Assembly: GCA_965221165.1 (NCBI GenBank)
Contig: CBDCRP010000003.1
Coordinates: 864,001 to 928,000 of the forward strand
Direction of reading: 5' to 3'
Length of the DNA: 64,000 nucleotides
Origin: a bacterium
GTDB taxonomy: Bacteria > UBA8248
A program made the translations under genes and the position numbers. Every line of letters begins with the position of its first letter. Position 1 is the stretch's first letter. The notes beneath the pieces were generated by a model, which worked only from the letters and a program-made list of their open reading frames with translations, had not been told where the DNA came from and searched no databases. This document shows, in pieces, positions 32,435 through 44,559 of the stretch.

Positions 32435-33613
32435 ATGCAACAACAGGAGATGAGTACATTGTCGAAAAACATGAGGAGAGATGAGCGCCATCAGCCGAAA
32501 AACTCGCTTGCGCCACCGATTTTTCAAACCGCGACATTTACTTTTGACAACTCAGATGATTTAGAAGCCTTTCACAGTGGCGAGAAAGACGCGTTTTTCT
32601 ATTCACGATATGGAAACCCGACAAACGCATCCGCCGAACGCCGGCTCGCCCTCATGGAAGGCGCGGAAGCCTCCCTCTTATTCGCCAGCGGTATGGCGGC
32701 CGTCACTTCCGTGTTCCTCTCACTCCTGGCGCCAGAAGCGCGAATCGTCATCCCGCGAGAATCCTATAGGCATACCAGGGACATCGCAGAGGGTCTCCTT
32801 TCACGGTACGGGGTATACGTTGATATCCTGGCGGAGAATTCGGTGGAATCCTTAAGAGCGCTCCCTCACGAGCAAGTTCGGGTGTTGTTCGCAGAAATTC
32901 CTTCCAACCCCACGTTACGCATACCCGATATCGAGAAAATGGCTGAATGGGCCTCCGAAAGAAAAGCCAGGTTCATTGTAGACTCGACCATCGCATCCCC
33001 CGCTTTGTTTCGCCCGCTGGAGCATGGAGCCGATTTAGCTGTTCAAAGCGCGACGAAATATATCGGCGGACACAACGACGTCATCGCGGGTGCGGTTTCA
33101 GGCCGCCTGGGCATAATAGACGCGCTACGTGAACAACAAGCTTTGCTGGGTTCCATTCTCGGGCCGCAGGAGGCATTTTTGCTTGAAAGAGGATTGAAAA
33201 CGCTCGAATTGCGCGTGGGGCGTATTAGTGACACGGCTCTGAAATTAGCCGAATTTCTTTCAAGCCACTCCAAGGTGTCCCGTGTCCATTACCCTGGCCT
33301 CGAGTCTCATCCGGATCATACACAGGCCGTTAAATATATGGGTGCTTTCGGCGGGTTGGTCAGCTTTGAAATCCATGGCGACCCGGAAAAAGCCGACAAA
33401 CTCGTGAATTCTCTGCAAATTCCTGTATTTGCTCCCGGCTTCGGCGGCACGGAGAGTCAAGTAGAGCATCACGTAAAGATGGCATATGCAGATATTGGAA
33501 TAGAAGGCGCCGGGAACCGGGGCGTTTCCGCAGGATTGATTCGGTATTCCGTGGGACTCGAGGATTTTGAGGTTTTGAGAGACGACCTCAGCGAAGGGCT
33601 CAAAAAACTATAG
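32435..33613 (+). CDS. Cystathionine gamma-synthase family PLP enzyme (plant-like)
   Basis: YSRYGNPT, SGMAA, YRHTR, SATKYIGGHNDVIAG, APGFGGTES, RYSVGLE. Confidence 0.85.
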   Translation: MQQQEMSTLSKNMRRDERHQPKNSLAPPIFQTATFTFDNSDDLEAFHSGEKDAFFYSRYGNPTNASAERRLALMEGAEASLLFASGMAAVTSVFLSLLAPEARIVIPRESYRHTRDIAEGLLSRYGVYVDILAENSVESLRALPHEQVRVLFAEIPSNPTLRIPDIEKMAEWASERKARFIVDSTIASPALFRPLEHGADLAVQSATKYIGGHNDVIAGAVSGRLGIIDALREQQALLGSILGPQEAFLLERGLKTLELRVGRISDTALKLAEFLSSHSKVSRVHYPGLESHPDHTQAVKYMGAFGGLVSFEIHGDPEKADKLVNSLQIPVFAPGFGGTESQVEHHVKMAYADIGIEGAGNRGVSAGLIRYSVGLEDFEVLRDDLSEGLKKL

Positions 33614-33615
33614 AA

Positions 33616-34245
33616 TCAACTCTTGCTGCGTATACGTTTGGGGGCCCGTTCGGTAAGCCAGCGGGTGCGCACCCACATTTTCTTTCCTTCCCAACGGCCT
33701 GATTTCACCTGAACTCTGGTAAAACCGCGTCTGTCGCTGGAAATAACGGCTACGAGCGTTCCTGGTTTGAGTTTGTATGGATAACGGGAGCTACGCGGAT
33801 CGTTATAGCCCCCTGCATAACTAAGCAATAGTCCCCGATATGTGCGGCGAATATATCTGGCGCCCATGGCGGTTTCGTTTTGGCCGGCAGGTTTCCGGGC
33901 CGATTCTTTTTTTCGATTCGGCTTTGCGTAATCCGCCATCTTGGTGGGCTTTCTATTCAGTTCCTTCACTGTTTTCTCTACAGTTGACACTGCATGACGA
34001 ATCTGCAACTTAAATTCATTCAATGACTTGCCATGATTCGCCAAAATTTGCGTATGCGCCAGAAGCTGGCTGCGGACCGCGTTGACTTCTCTCTGGTTTC
34101 TTTCTTTATCCTCATTGTAATCAGCTTGCATCACAACCAAATTACAGCCAGAAAGCATCATCATGAACACGCAAATAAGCACCATGCGTAACTGGGGGTA
34201 TTTTTCGTTCCGCGACTTGATTTGTCGACTATGCTTCCGGCTCAT
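33616..34245 (-). CDS. Hypothetical lipoprotein with coiled coil and SH3-like C-terminus
   Basis: Lipobox LSG-C; coiled-coil segment; KLKPGTLV...RVQV..GRWEG..MWV resembles SH3b; ATGA overlap with the upstream gene. Confidence 0.65.
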   Translation of the reverse strand: MSRKHSRQIKSRNEKYPQLRMVLICVFMMMLSGCNLVVMQADYNEDKERNQREVNAVRSQLLAHTQILANHGKSLNEFKLQIRHAVSTVEKTVKELNRKPTKMADYAKPNRKKESARKPAGQNETAMGARYIRRTYRGLLLSYAGGYNDPRSSRYPYKLKPGTLVAVISSDRRGFTRVQVKSGRWEGKKMWVRTRWLTERAPKRIRSKS

Positions 34246-35075
34246 ACCGGGTACCATCCCTCGATAGGTGGCATGACGACCAATTCGCTATTCAACTCGG
34301 CCACTCCGTCATATTCTCTGGCAATTGATTCAGCCAATTCTTTTTCTTCATCGCTATTGACGCGTCCGTGTAAAAATAATTCACCGGGTCCGAGACAGTC
34401 CACGACAATGCCACTCGCATCAATGCGCTCATCCGTCATGATTGTCGCTTTGATCTTCTGCGCAAAAGCCAGATTTTGGAGCTTTTGAGATCCTGATGGC
34501 TGAGATTCCGAGAATTGCTCACTTTGCAATATATTCACCAGCAACCGTATCGACATTTCCTCATTGAACAACCCGGTATTTAATATGAGATCAAAATGAC
34601 TTGGATCTCCCCATCGGACATCGAAAAAATGACGCGTATACGCCATCCTTTCATCATCGTTATGACGTATGAACTGCTCCGCCATAGATAGGGTAATTCC
34701 CTCGTTATTCACCAATGTCCGTTGCCGATAATCTCGAGGAGCTACTATCCGCGCTCGAAACACACTTTCGATTCCCTCGAGGAGTATATGGGAGCCGCGG
34801 CCCAGAATGACGAAATTATTTTTCAAGGCCGATTCATACACGATGGCGCGCATGATATCGAGATATACAAGTTGTCTGTCCCGAAAAAAGCGGTCTACCA
34901 AACCGGGCTTTCTCTCATCCACTTGCTCCAGTTCGGCTCGAACATAACCATACGATTGTGCGGCATCCGCAAATCCATCGTTATCCAACAGGGACCAGCC
35001 CAACTCTTGCGCAACTTTCTTCCCTATAGCATCACCACCGCTTCCAAGCTCTCTTGAGATTGTCAGAACACCCAT
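34242..35075 (-). CDS. Cytidylate-kinase-like family protein with C-terminal BON domain
   Basis: TISRELGSGG..IG..VA..LG, ILGRG, DPSHFDLILNT; C-terminal I.A....DERI....I.V....G...L.G.V (BON). Confidence 0.85.
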   Translation of the reverse strand: MGVLTISRELGSGGDAIGKKVAQELGWSLLDNDGFADAAQSYGYVRAELEQVDERKPGLVDRFFRDRQLVYLDIMRAIVYESALKNNFVILGRGSHILLEGIESVFRARIVAPRDYRQRTLVNNEGITLSMAEQFIRHNDDERMAYTRHFFDVRWGDPSHFDLILNTGLFNEEMSIRLLVNILQSEQFSESQPSGSQKLQNLAFAQKIKATIMTDERIDASGIVVDCLGPGELFLHGRVNSDEEKELAESIAREYDGVAELNSELVVMPPIEGWYPV

Positions 35076-35191
35076 TTCTCAACCCTCCACACTAAGGGTG
35101 GCGCCACCAATGGGGCGGGATGCATAATGTTTCCACATCCCTTCATACCATTTGTCTCGAACTATCGCATCAGTCTGGTCGTTTGCGGCTA

Positions 35192-36973
35192 TCATTTACG
35201 ACTCGCCTTCTTGAATTTTTCCAGTTGCAGACGAAAATAGCGATTTCCGGGCGCTATTTCAATCGCCCTCTGAATAAGTGGAAGCGCCTTCACGGATTGT
35301 CCGCTCCGATAATATAGTTCCGCGAGAGTATCCAAGTATGCCGGCGTATCAGGCTGGACTTCCAGCGAACGTCTCGAAAGCTTGATGCCGTGTTCCAGTT
35401 CTTTTTTTTCCGTCGCATGAAACCATGCCAAACGATTCAACGCCGGTGCTGAATTTTTGTCTATTTCGAGTACCCGCATGAACACCTTCTTCGACTCTTC
35501 GGATTTCCCGATTTCCCAAAGAAAAACGCCAAACTCAACCAAAGCGAGAGACGAGCGCGGGTTCTTCTCCAGCAAATCCGAAAGTATTTTATGCGCGAGT
35601 TCTTTTCGACCCCTTGATTTGTGAAGTTTGGCGATGCGAATTCTCATCTCGATGTCGTTCGAGTCCAACTCACCCGCTTTCTCGTATAGGGAAATCGCAG
35701 CTTTGTCTCTACCTATAGATTCCAAAAGAGCACCCAGACGAACATAACCATCCAACCAGTCGGGGGATAATGAAACAACTTTCTCATAAGCCAGAATTGC
35801 TTCATCGGTACGGTTCATTTCAACCAAAGCAGCGCCCAGCAAGAAATGGAATCTCGGATTATCCGGTATTTTTTCGATAGCGTCCTTGAGTAAGCTTACA
35901 GCTTGCGCCGGACGCTTGTCGGATATAAAGCGCTCCGCATCTATCAAAATCCGGGTCGGCTCCAGGGCGCGATTCGCAGGGCCGGTTGATTTGGGCTGAA
36001 CGGAATGGGCACGTGATTCAACAATCCGAAGCCGCCTTTTCAAGACAATATCCTCGGGTTCACGTCGATAAGCTTCTCTATATATTTCCAGCGCTTTCGA
36101 GAATTGCCCACTGCGAACATACAAATCACCGAGGAGGATCATGGCTTCTATATGCCCCGGAGTGCGTTGGAGCAAAGATTGTATTTCACGTATAGCGTCT
36201 CGGGAATGGTTTTGCTGCGCAAGGATTTTCGCCAAGCGGTATCGGGCGACATTCTGGCGGCTCCCCTTGAGCCCCAATGCTTTTTTCAAACTAGTGACCG
36301 CTTTATCGAACTCCCCTTTACTTTCATATTGCGCCGCTTCTGCAATATACCTTCTCTGTTGCCGTTCGGCCTTGAGTTTCAGGTTTTCCGGGGCGCTGGG
36401 CTCCAGCCATTCGCCAACTCTCGCCTCCCAAATTGCGTCGAGGCGCTTCCAGATATTGCGAAAATAATCCGGAGATTCACGAGAAATCGCCGTGGAGGCA
36501 ATACCAGCAGCTAAAAGCAACACCAGCCCCGCCGCAATTTGCATGCCCCTTTTCGAAATCCTCGGCTTGGGCGCAGGCACTCGCTCGATACCGAGCATCA
36601 TCAATTTGCCCTCAAACTTTGCTTCTGGATCTATATGAATCTTGGGAGCCGTCACATTTCCCTGGTGAGAACATCCGGCTTTGAATTCAACACGATTTTC
36701 CGCATGTATAGAGCCTTTCGTTTGGCCATAATTCACCAGTTCCGTTGCATGGATTTCTCCTTCGGTCTTTCCTGTCTGGGTAATCTCAAGATGGCCGTCG
36801 CCCTGGATTTCGCCTTTGAACTCACCTTCCACGAGAACTTTACCGGTGAAACGCAGCGAACCTTCCAGGCGCGCATCGGCGCCTACAAAAGAAAGTTTAG
36901 GCTGCAGACGAGAAAGCGGGCTTTTATATTGCACGGGACTCTTCCCACAAAAGTGTTCATTTGAAATTTTCAA
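35192..36973 (-). CDS. Bactofilin domain + TM + TPR-repeat fusion protein
   Basis: N-terminal bactofilin beta-helix (VG....LEG.L.F.G...VEG.F.G.I, G...G.I.A, A.FEG), hydrophobic helix IAAGLVLLLAAGIA, multiple TPRs ending ALNRLAW...YLDTLA..Y. Start codon uncertain. Confidence 0.85.
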   Translation of the reverse strand: MKISNEHFCGKSPVQYKSPLSRLQPKLSFVGADARLEGSLRFTGKVLVEGEFKGEIQGDGHLEITQTGKTEGEIHATELVNYGQTKGSIHAENRVEFKAGCSHQGNVTAPKIHIDPEAKFEGKLMMLGIERVPAPKPRISKRGMQIAAGLVLLLAAGIASTAISRESPDYFRNIWKRLDAIWEARVGEWLEPSAPENLKLKAERQQRRYIAEAAQYESKGEFDKAVTSLKKALGLKGSRQNVARYRLAKILAQQNHSRDAIREIQSLLQRTPGHIEAMILLGDLYVRSGQFSKALEIYREAYRREPEDIVLKRRLRIVESRAHSVQPKSTGPANRALEPTRILIDAERFISDKRPAQAVSLLKDAIEKIPDNPRFHFLLGAALVEMNRTDEAILAYEKVVSLSPDWLDGYVRLGALLESIGRDKAAISLYEKAGELDSNDIEMRIRIAKLHKSRGRKELAHKILSDLLEKNPRSSLALVEFGVFLWEIGKSEESKKVFMRVLEIDKNSAPALNRLAWFHATEKKELEHGIKLSRRSLEVQPDTPAYLDTLAELYYRSGQSVKALPLIQRAIEIAPGNRYFRLQLEKFKKASRK

Positions 36974-37418
36974 TCAACCAATACGAATTATATCTTACCA
37001 AAATGTTGAAAAGTTGCGCCAATTTATATTTCCCATCCAAATCGGCGGTTGGAGGGCAGGTGAAATCCCAAAACTTCCACCCCACCCATCGTAGAGAAAA
37101 AGCGATCCTGCGCGGCTAGCGGCCGGCAGGACGCGCTTTTCGCCGCATCGGCATAAAGAGACGTGCTACCGCCTCCGGGCAGCCCAAGCAGTCTTGGGTG
37201 ACCGGGTTTTCCCCTCATTTTCATTACTTTTTTTGAAATTCAGCGTTTTTCACGATTCCGCCGGCGAACCAAACCATGCGCAACTTTCGTGACGGGGCAA
37301 TGACGCAGAATCACCTCGCGCCGAGGAATGGATTTCATATCGAGCGCAAGACGACGTCAACAGCGCGCAAGAGAGGAAAAAACCTGCGATAAAAAGATGA
37401 GACGGATTTCTCTGAATT

Positions 37419-38252
37419 TTATTGCGCGCCGAGGCGCGCCGCATCTATCGCCTGTAAAGAGATGAGAAGCGGGTACAGACCTTCGATATCCAACATATTC
37501 GGGCCATCGGATAATGCTTCATCCGGTTCCGGGTGACATTCGAGGAAAAAAGCGTCGACGCCCACGCCCGCCGCGGCGCGCGCAAGATGAGGAACCATGC
37601 TTCTGTCCCCTCCTGAACTTTCCCCGAGTCCGCCTGGCGACTGAACGCTGTGTGTCGCGTCGAAAACTACGGGATATCCGGATTCGCGCATCTGCACGAG
37701 CGAACGCATATCGGAAACCAGGTTGTGGTAGCCGAAACTGGTCCCTCTCTCCGTAAGAAGTATTTGCCGACAACCCGCTTCTTCGAGTTTTCCTACTACG
37801 TTTCTCATATCCTCGGGCGCCATGAACTGCCCTTTTTTCACGTTTACGGGCTTCCCCGTTCGTCCGGCTGCATGGAGGAGATCCGTTTGTCGGCACAAAA
37901 AAGCGGGTATCTGGATAGCGTCCAAAACGTGGGCCGCTCGTTCGGCCTCCTCCGGGCTATGCACGTCCGACATCACCGGAAGGCCGGTTTCGCGCCTCAC
38001 CAATTCGAGTATTTCCAATCCCTCATCGATGCCGGGGCCGCGCGGTGACTTCCCCGAGCTGCGATTCGCCTTGTCATACGAGGCCTTGAAAACCCCGCCG
38101 ATACCACATCTGTCTACCGCATCTTTTACCTTTTCGGCGCACGTTCTGGTTATTTCTTCGCTCTCGATCAGGCAGGGCCCCGCGATGACGCATATCGATC
38201 CTTGTGCGCCGAAGGCCACGTCCCCGATTCTTGCAATTTTTGTTTTCGCCAT
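37419..38252 (-). CDS. kdsA: KDO8P synthase
   Basis: IAGPCLIES, FKASYDKANRSS, QIPAFLCRQTDL, NVKKGQF, FDATHSVQ, ECHP..ALSDG. Confidence 0.98.
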   Translation of the reverse strand: MAKTKIARIGDVAFGAQGSICVIAGPCLIESEEITRTCAEKVKDAVDRCGIGGVFKASYDKANRSSGKSPRGPGIDEGLEILELVRRETGLPVMSDVHSPEEAERAAHVLDAIQIPAFLCRQTDLLHAAGRTGKPVNVKKGQFMAPEDMRNVVGKLEEAGCRQILLTERGTSFGYHNLVSDMRSLVQMRESGYPVVFDATHSVQSPGGLGESSGGDRSMVPHLARAAAGVGVDAFFLECHPEPDEALSDGPNMLDIEGLYPLLISLQAIDAARLGAQ

Positions 38253-38303
38253 ACTCTTATCTTTTCCAGGCCTCATCCCGCATGGACGGCATGAAAGGAC
38301 ACA

Positions 38304-40735
<2,432 letters not shown>

Positions 40736-40747
40736 CCATGACGCCGT

Positions 40748-42166
40748 CTAATACGCATTTTTATTTATCAACCCCTTCCAGAGGGTGAACCATAAAATTT
40801 TGACGTCAAAACCCAGGGACCAGTTCTCGATATAGTGTAAATCGAATTCGATTCTTTTTTCTATCGACGTGTTTCCGCGCCACCCATTCACCTGCGCCCA
40901 ACCCGTCATCCCGGACTTCATCTTATGGCGCAGCATGTAATCGGGAACGGATGCCCTGAATTCCTCCACAAACCCCGGACGCTCGGGCCTCGGGCCCACG
41001 AGGCTCATTTCGCCGCGCAACACGTTGAACAACTGCGGCAGCTCATCGAGACTCGTCTTTCTGAGGATAGCGCCGACCCGGGTGCGCCGCTCATCGTCTT
41101 TCCGGGCCCAGGCCGGGCCTGATTCCGCCTCGGCATCCACCCTCATGGAACGAAACTTGTACATGCGAAACCGGACGCCGTCCAGACCCATTCTCTCCTG
41201 GTGATACAGAACGGGACCGGGGCTCGTCCATTTCACGATGAGCGCGATGACCGACATGAGCGGACCGAGAACGAGCAGCGCCAGAATGCCCAGAAAATAA
41301 TCCACCACCACCTTCGCCCAGCGATTCCAACCCAGAAGAGGGGTCTGCGACAAGAGGATCACCGGCAAGCCGTCGAGTTCTTCGATTCCGGCGTTCAGCC
41401 GCATGTGTTCGACGATATCGGGCACCAGGCGGACGTCGACGCTCGAATCCCCCAGAGCGTTCAACAATTCCTCTTGCGCGGCGCGCAAATCCGGAGGAAG
41501 CGCCACGTAGACTTCATGGATTCTCTCTTGCGCCACGACTTCGCGCACCTCCCCGAGTTTTCCCAGCACGGGCGCGTCTTCCGCAGCATCCCCCTCGGAG
41601 AGATATCCCACAACCTGAAAACCAAGATATCGATACGTCTCCAAATGGGTGGCGACCCGGTGGGCGAGGGAGTTTGTTCCCGCGATGAGGATGCGCCGCA
41701 CGTCCACGCCCCGGCGCCTCAAGCGGCGAATGAAGGACCAAACCAACCGCCGAACCAGAAAAAGAAAAACAGGCCCCAGGCACATGAAAAGAATTACCAA
41801 CAGACGGCTGTAGCTTTGTTTTCGATAGAAAAACGTGAAGAAGACGAAGAACAGAACCGTCCATGCCAATGTGCTCGTGAGACGAACGATTTCCTGGGTA
41901 CTCTCGAGCCCGGCCCGGTACTGGTACAAATGCGATATTCCCGAGGCGAGAAGCCAGGTGAGGAGAATTACGGGAAGCGAAACCAGATAAACGCTGAAGT
42001 CAGGGTACCCGAAGGGAACGGGAATTATCTCCACGACGAAACGCAGCCAGTACGCTGCGAACCAGGCCAAAACCAGCGCGATGACGTCTCCCCCGAAAAG
42101 AAAGAGCGCATTCAACTGCCCGTATTTGCGCAGCACGACCTCACATTCCTTGTCGAGTCCGGCCAA
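40748..42166 (-). CDS. Undecaprenyl-phosphate glucose phosphotransferase (WcaJ/WbaP family)
   Basis: N-terminal TM domain; YKFRSM, SLDELPQLFNVL.GEMSLVGPRPE, GMTGWAQVNG.RG, YIENWS. Confidence 0.94.
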   Translation of the reverse strand: MAGLDKECEVVLRKYGQLNALFLFGGDVIALVLAWFAAYWLRFVVEIIPVPFGYPDFSVYLVSLPVILLTWLLASGISHLYQYRAGLESTQEIVRLTSTLAWTVLFFVFFTFFYRKQSYSRLLVILFMCLGPVFLFLVRRLVWSFIRRLRRRGVDVRRILIAGTNSLAHRVATHLETYRYLGFQVVGYLSEGDAAEDAPVLGKLGEVREVVAQERIHEVYVALPPDLRAAQEELLNALGDSSVDVRLVPDIVEHMRLNAGIEELDGLPVILLSQTPLLGWNRWAKVVVDYFLGILALLVLGPLMSVIALIVKWTSPGPVLYHQERMGLDGVRFRMYKFRSMRVDAEAESGPAWARKDDERRTRVGAILRKTSLDELPQLFNVLRGEMSLVGPRPERPGFVEEFRASVPDYMLRHKMKSGMTGWAQVNGWRGNTSIEKRIEFDLHYIENWSLGFDVKILWFTLWKGLINKNAY

Positions 42167-42215
42167 AGATTTCTCGTGAAGTCGCTTTCAGACAGCCGTA
42201 TTTTACCAGTATTGC

Positions 42216-43412
42216 TTAGTAATTATCACTCAATCTATCCAGACGCTCCTGGTGATTCCGCCAGCCCTGCCGGAAACGCTCTCTCGCCGTATTCTTGAAA
42301 TTCTCGCGACCGAATCGCTCCGCTTGTCTGCGCGCGGCCTCGGGCGAGAATCGGCCTTCCATCTTCTCGAACGCCAGGACGGCCTCTTCGATATGCGCCG
42401 GGTCCGAATGGGCGAAAAACATTCCCGTAGGCTCCGCTTCGCCATCCCCGACTTCACCCCATGGGATGAAACCCGGCGGCGGTTCATATTCTTGCGCATT
42501 CACGCCCACAACGGTCTCGAGCGCACCGCCCGCACCCAGGGCCAGCACCGGGCGACCACATGCCTGCGCCTCTAGCGGCGTGATGCCGAAGTCCTCTTCT
42601 CCAGGAAAGATGAAGGCGCGGCACCCGCCGTAAAGCTCCCGGATGGTCTCATCATCCTGCCAGCCCAGGAATTCCACGTTGGGTTTTCCCAGCGCGCGGA
42701 CCCGCTCGAAATCCTGACCCTCTCCCACGACTTTGAGCGGACGGCCAAGCCGCCCAAACGCCTCTACCGCCACGTCGACGCGCTTGTAGGGAGCGAATCC
42801 CGTGACCATGAGGTAGTAATCCGAGGTGCGTCCGCTCCGGGAGTGGTAGAATTCCGTATCCACCGGCGGGTAGAGCACGTCCGCTTCCCTGCCGTAATAC
42901 CGGCGGATGCGCTCCGCCACCGTATGGCTGTTGGCGATAAAATCATGCACTCCCCTGTTGGCTTCGTTGTCCCACCTCCTCAGGTATTCGACGAGGGGAG
43001 GAAAAAGCCACTTGGCCGCACCACCCAAGCGCGCAGAATAGTCCTCATACCCACTCCAGGCGTAGCGCATCGGCGTATGGCAATAGTCGAGGTGGTAGGT
43101 TTCAAAGCCTCCCTTCGCTCCTTTTGCGACGCAATGCGAACTCGAAAGGATGAAGTCATATTCCCTGAGCGAGAACATCCTCACGCTCATCGGCATGAGG
43201 GGAAGCATGTGGCGATAGCGGCGCTTGATACCGGGAATCCACTGCAAGGGGCTGGTATGGATGCGGTGGCGCTCGATGGTGTCCGAAACCGAGCCCGGCA
43301 GGTGAAGCAGGGTAAAAATATCCGCCTCCGGGTATATCTCGCAAAACACTTCGAGGCATTTCTCTCCGCCTCTCATGCCCGTGAGCCAGTCGTGCACGAT
43401 CGCTACCCGCAT
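42216..43412 (-). CDS. GT4 glycosyltransferase
   Basis: MRVAIVHDWLTGMRGGEK, YCHTPMRY, EDFGI.PLEAQACG.PV. Confidence 0.93.
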   Translation of the reverse strand: MRVAIVHDWLTGMRGGEKCLEVFCEIYPEADIFTLLHLPGSVSDTIERHRIHTSPLQWIPGIKRRYRHMLPLMPMSVRMFSLREYDFILSSSHCVAKGAKGGFETYHLDYCHTPMRYAWSGYEDYSARLGGAAKWLFPPLVEYLRRWDNEANRGVHDFIANSHTVAERIRRYYGREADVLYPPVDTEFYHSRSGRTSDYYLMVTGFAPYKRVDVAVEAFGRLGRPLKVVGEGQDFERVRALGKPNVEFLGWQDDETIRELYGGCRAFIFPGEEDFGITPLEAQACGRPVLALGAGGALETVVGVNAQEYEPPPGFIPWGEVGDGEAEPTGMFFAHSDPAHIEEAVLAFEKMEGRFSPEAARRQAERFGRENFKNTARERFRQGWRNHQERLDRLSDNY

Positions 43413-43428
43413 GTCTGCTCCTGAGGTC

Positions 43429-44559
43429 TCACGGCCTGAAGACAGATGGCGAGGCGGGAATTCTCCCAGGCGAACACAAAAGGGCGTCGCAGTAGGCGCG
43501 CTGCGTTTCGGCGGCGAGTTTTTCCCAATGGAAAAAGCGCGCCCGCTCTTTCGATTTCTCAGCGAGGCCATCTCTCAGGCCCGGTTCTCTGAAGATGCGC
43601 AGCATCGCATTTCGCAGGGCGTCCTTGTCCCCCCGGGGAACGATCAGGCCGGCATCCCCGACCACTTCGGGCAGGGCGGCCGCGTCCGATACAATCGGCG
43701 GCGCGCCGCACGTCATGGCCTCCAGGGGAGGATAGCCGAACCCCTCGTAGTGAGAAGGAAACACCAGCGCCCGGGCGGAGCGATAGATTTCGGGCAACGC
43801 CTCCTGAGGCATATTTCCCAGAAACACCACCTCCTCGCCCAGGTTCAAAAAGCGTAGAACCTCACCGAGGTTCTCTCGCTCACCCGTCAGGACGAGGCGA
43901 ACCTCGCTCGTCTCTTGCAGAAGACCCGCAAAGGCGTCGAGCAGCAGATGCAGGTTCTTATGGCGTTTGTGGTTTCCCACATACAGGAAATAGGGGGTAT
44001 CGCCCAGCCTTTCCAGCGCCTCGGGTTTGGGCGTGCGCCCGTCCTCCCAGCCGGGCGGCAGGGCGTTGTGCGTCACGCGAACTTTATCATCCGGGACGCC
44101 CACGTGCTCCACGATATCGTTTTTCGTGTGCTCGGAGACGGCGAGAATCAGGCGCGCCCTTCGCGCCGTTCTCCGGATCATCCACTTCGAGGCGCGCCAA
44201 TGCAGCGGCGACGGGCAAAGCGCCGGAAACAACTGATGGATCAAATCGTGAATCGTCGCCACCATGGGCGTCTTGCCGAAGAGGGGGGCGAAATAATGAG
44301 GGTGATGTATCAAGTCCAGGCGCTCACGCTCCAGCAGTCGGGGCAGCGCCACCTGCTCGGCGAGCGAATACGGAGCCGCCCCGCAAACCAGCCGTCTGAA
44401 ATTACCGCCCAAGCCGGCGCAACTTTCCATATCCTTTTCTTGCAGGAACACGACGTACTCCGCATCGTCGTCGCGCCTGCTCAGCCCGGCAAGCAAACTT
44501 TTCAAATAGGTCCCGATGCCGCCCATCGATACCATGCGGGCGTCAATCCCTACGCGCAT
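43429..44559 (-). CDS. GT4 glycosyltransferase (mannosyltransferase-like)
   Basis: MRVGIDAR...GGIG.Y, TIHDL, HKN, FPSHYEGFG.PPLEAM. Confidence 0.93.
   Translation of the reverse strand: MRVGIDARMVSMGGIGTYLKSLLAGLSRRDDDAEYVVFLQEKDMESCAGLGGNFRRLVCGAAPYSLAEQVALPRLLERERLDLIHHPHYFAPLFGKTPMVATIHDLIHQLFPALCPSPLHWRASKWMIRRTARRARLILAVSEHTKNDIVEHVGVPDDKVRVTHNALPPGWEDGRTPKPEALERLGDTPYFLYVGNHKRHKNLHLLLDAFAGLLQETSEVRLVLTGERENLGEVLRFLNLGEEVVFLGNMPQEALPEIYRSARALVFPSHYEGFGYPPLEAMTCGAPPIVSDAAALPEVVGDAGLIVPRGDKDALRNAMLRIFREPGLRDGLAEKSKERARFFHWEKLAAETQRAYCDALLCSPGRIPASPSVFRP

Noticed and set aside
35118-35145. tgcataatgt resembling a dif XerC arm
   Set aside because: No XerD arm (TTATGTTAAA) at the required spacing.
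37051-37070. gggcaggtgaaatccc resembling the FMN riboswitch core
   Set aside because: Following ACCGGCGGT and downstream conserved blocks are missing; no rib gene downstream.
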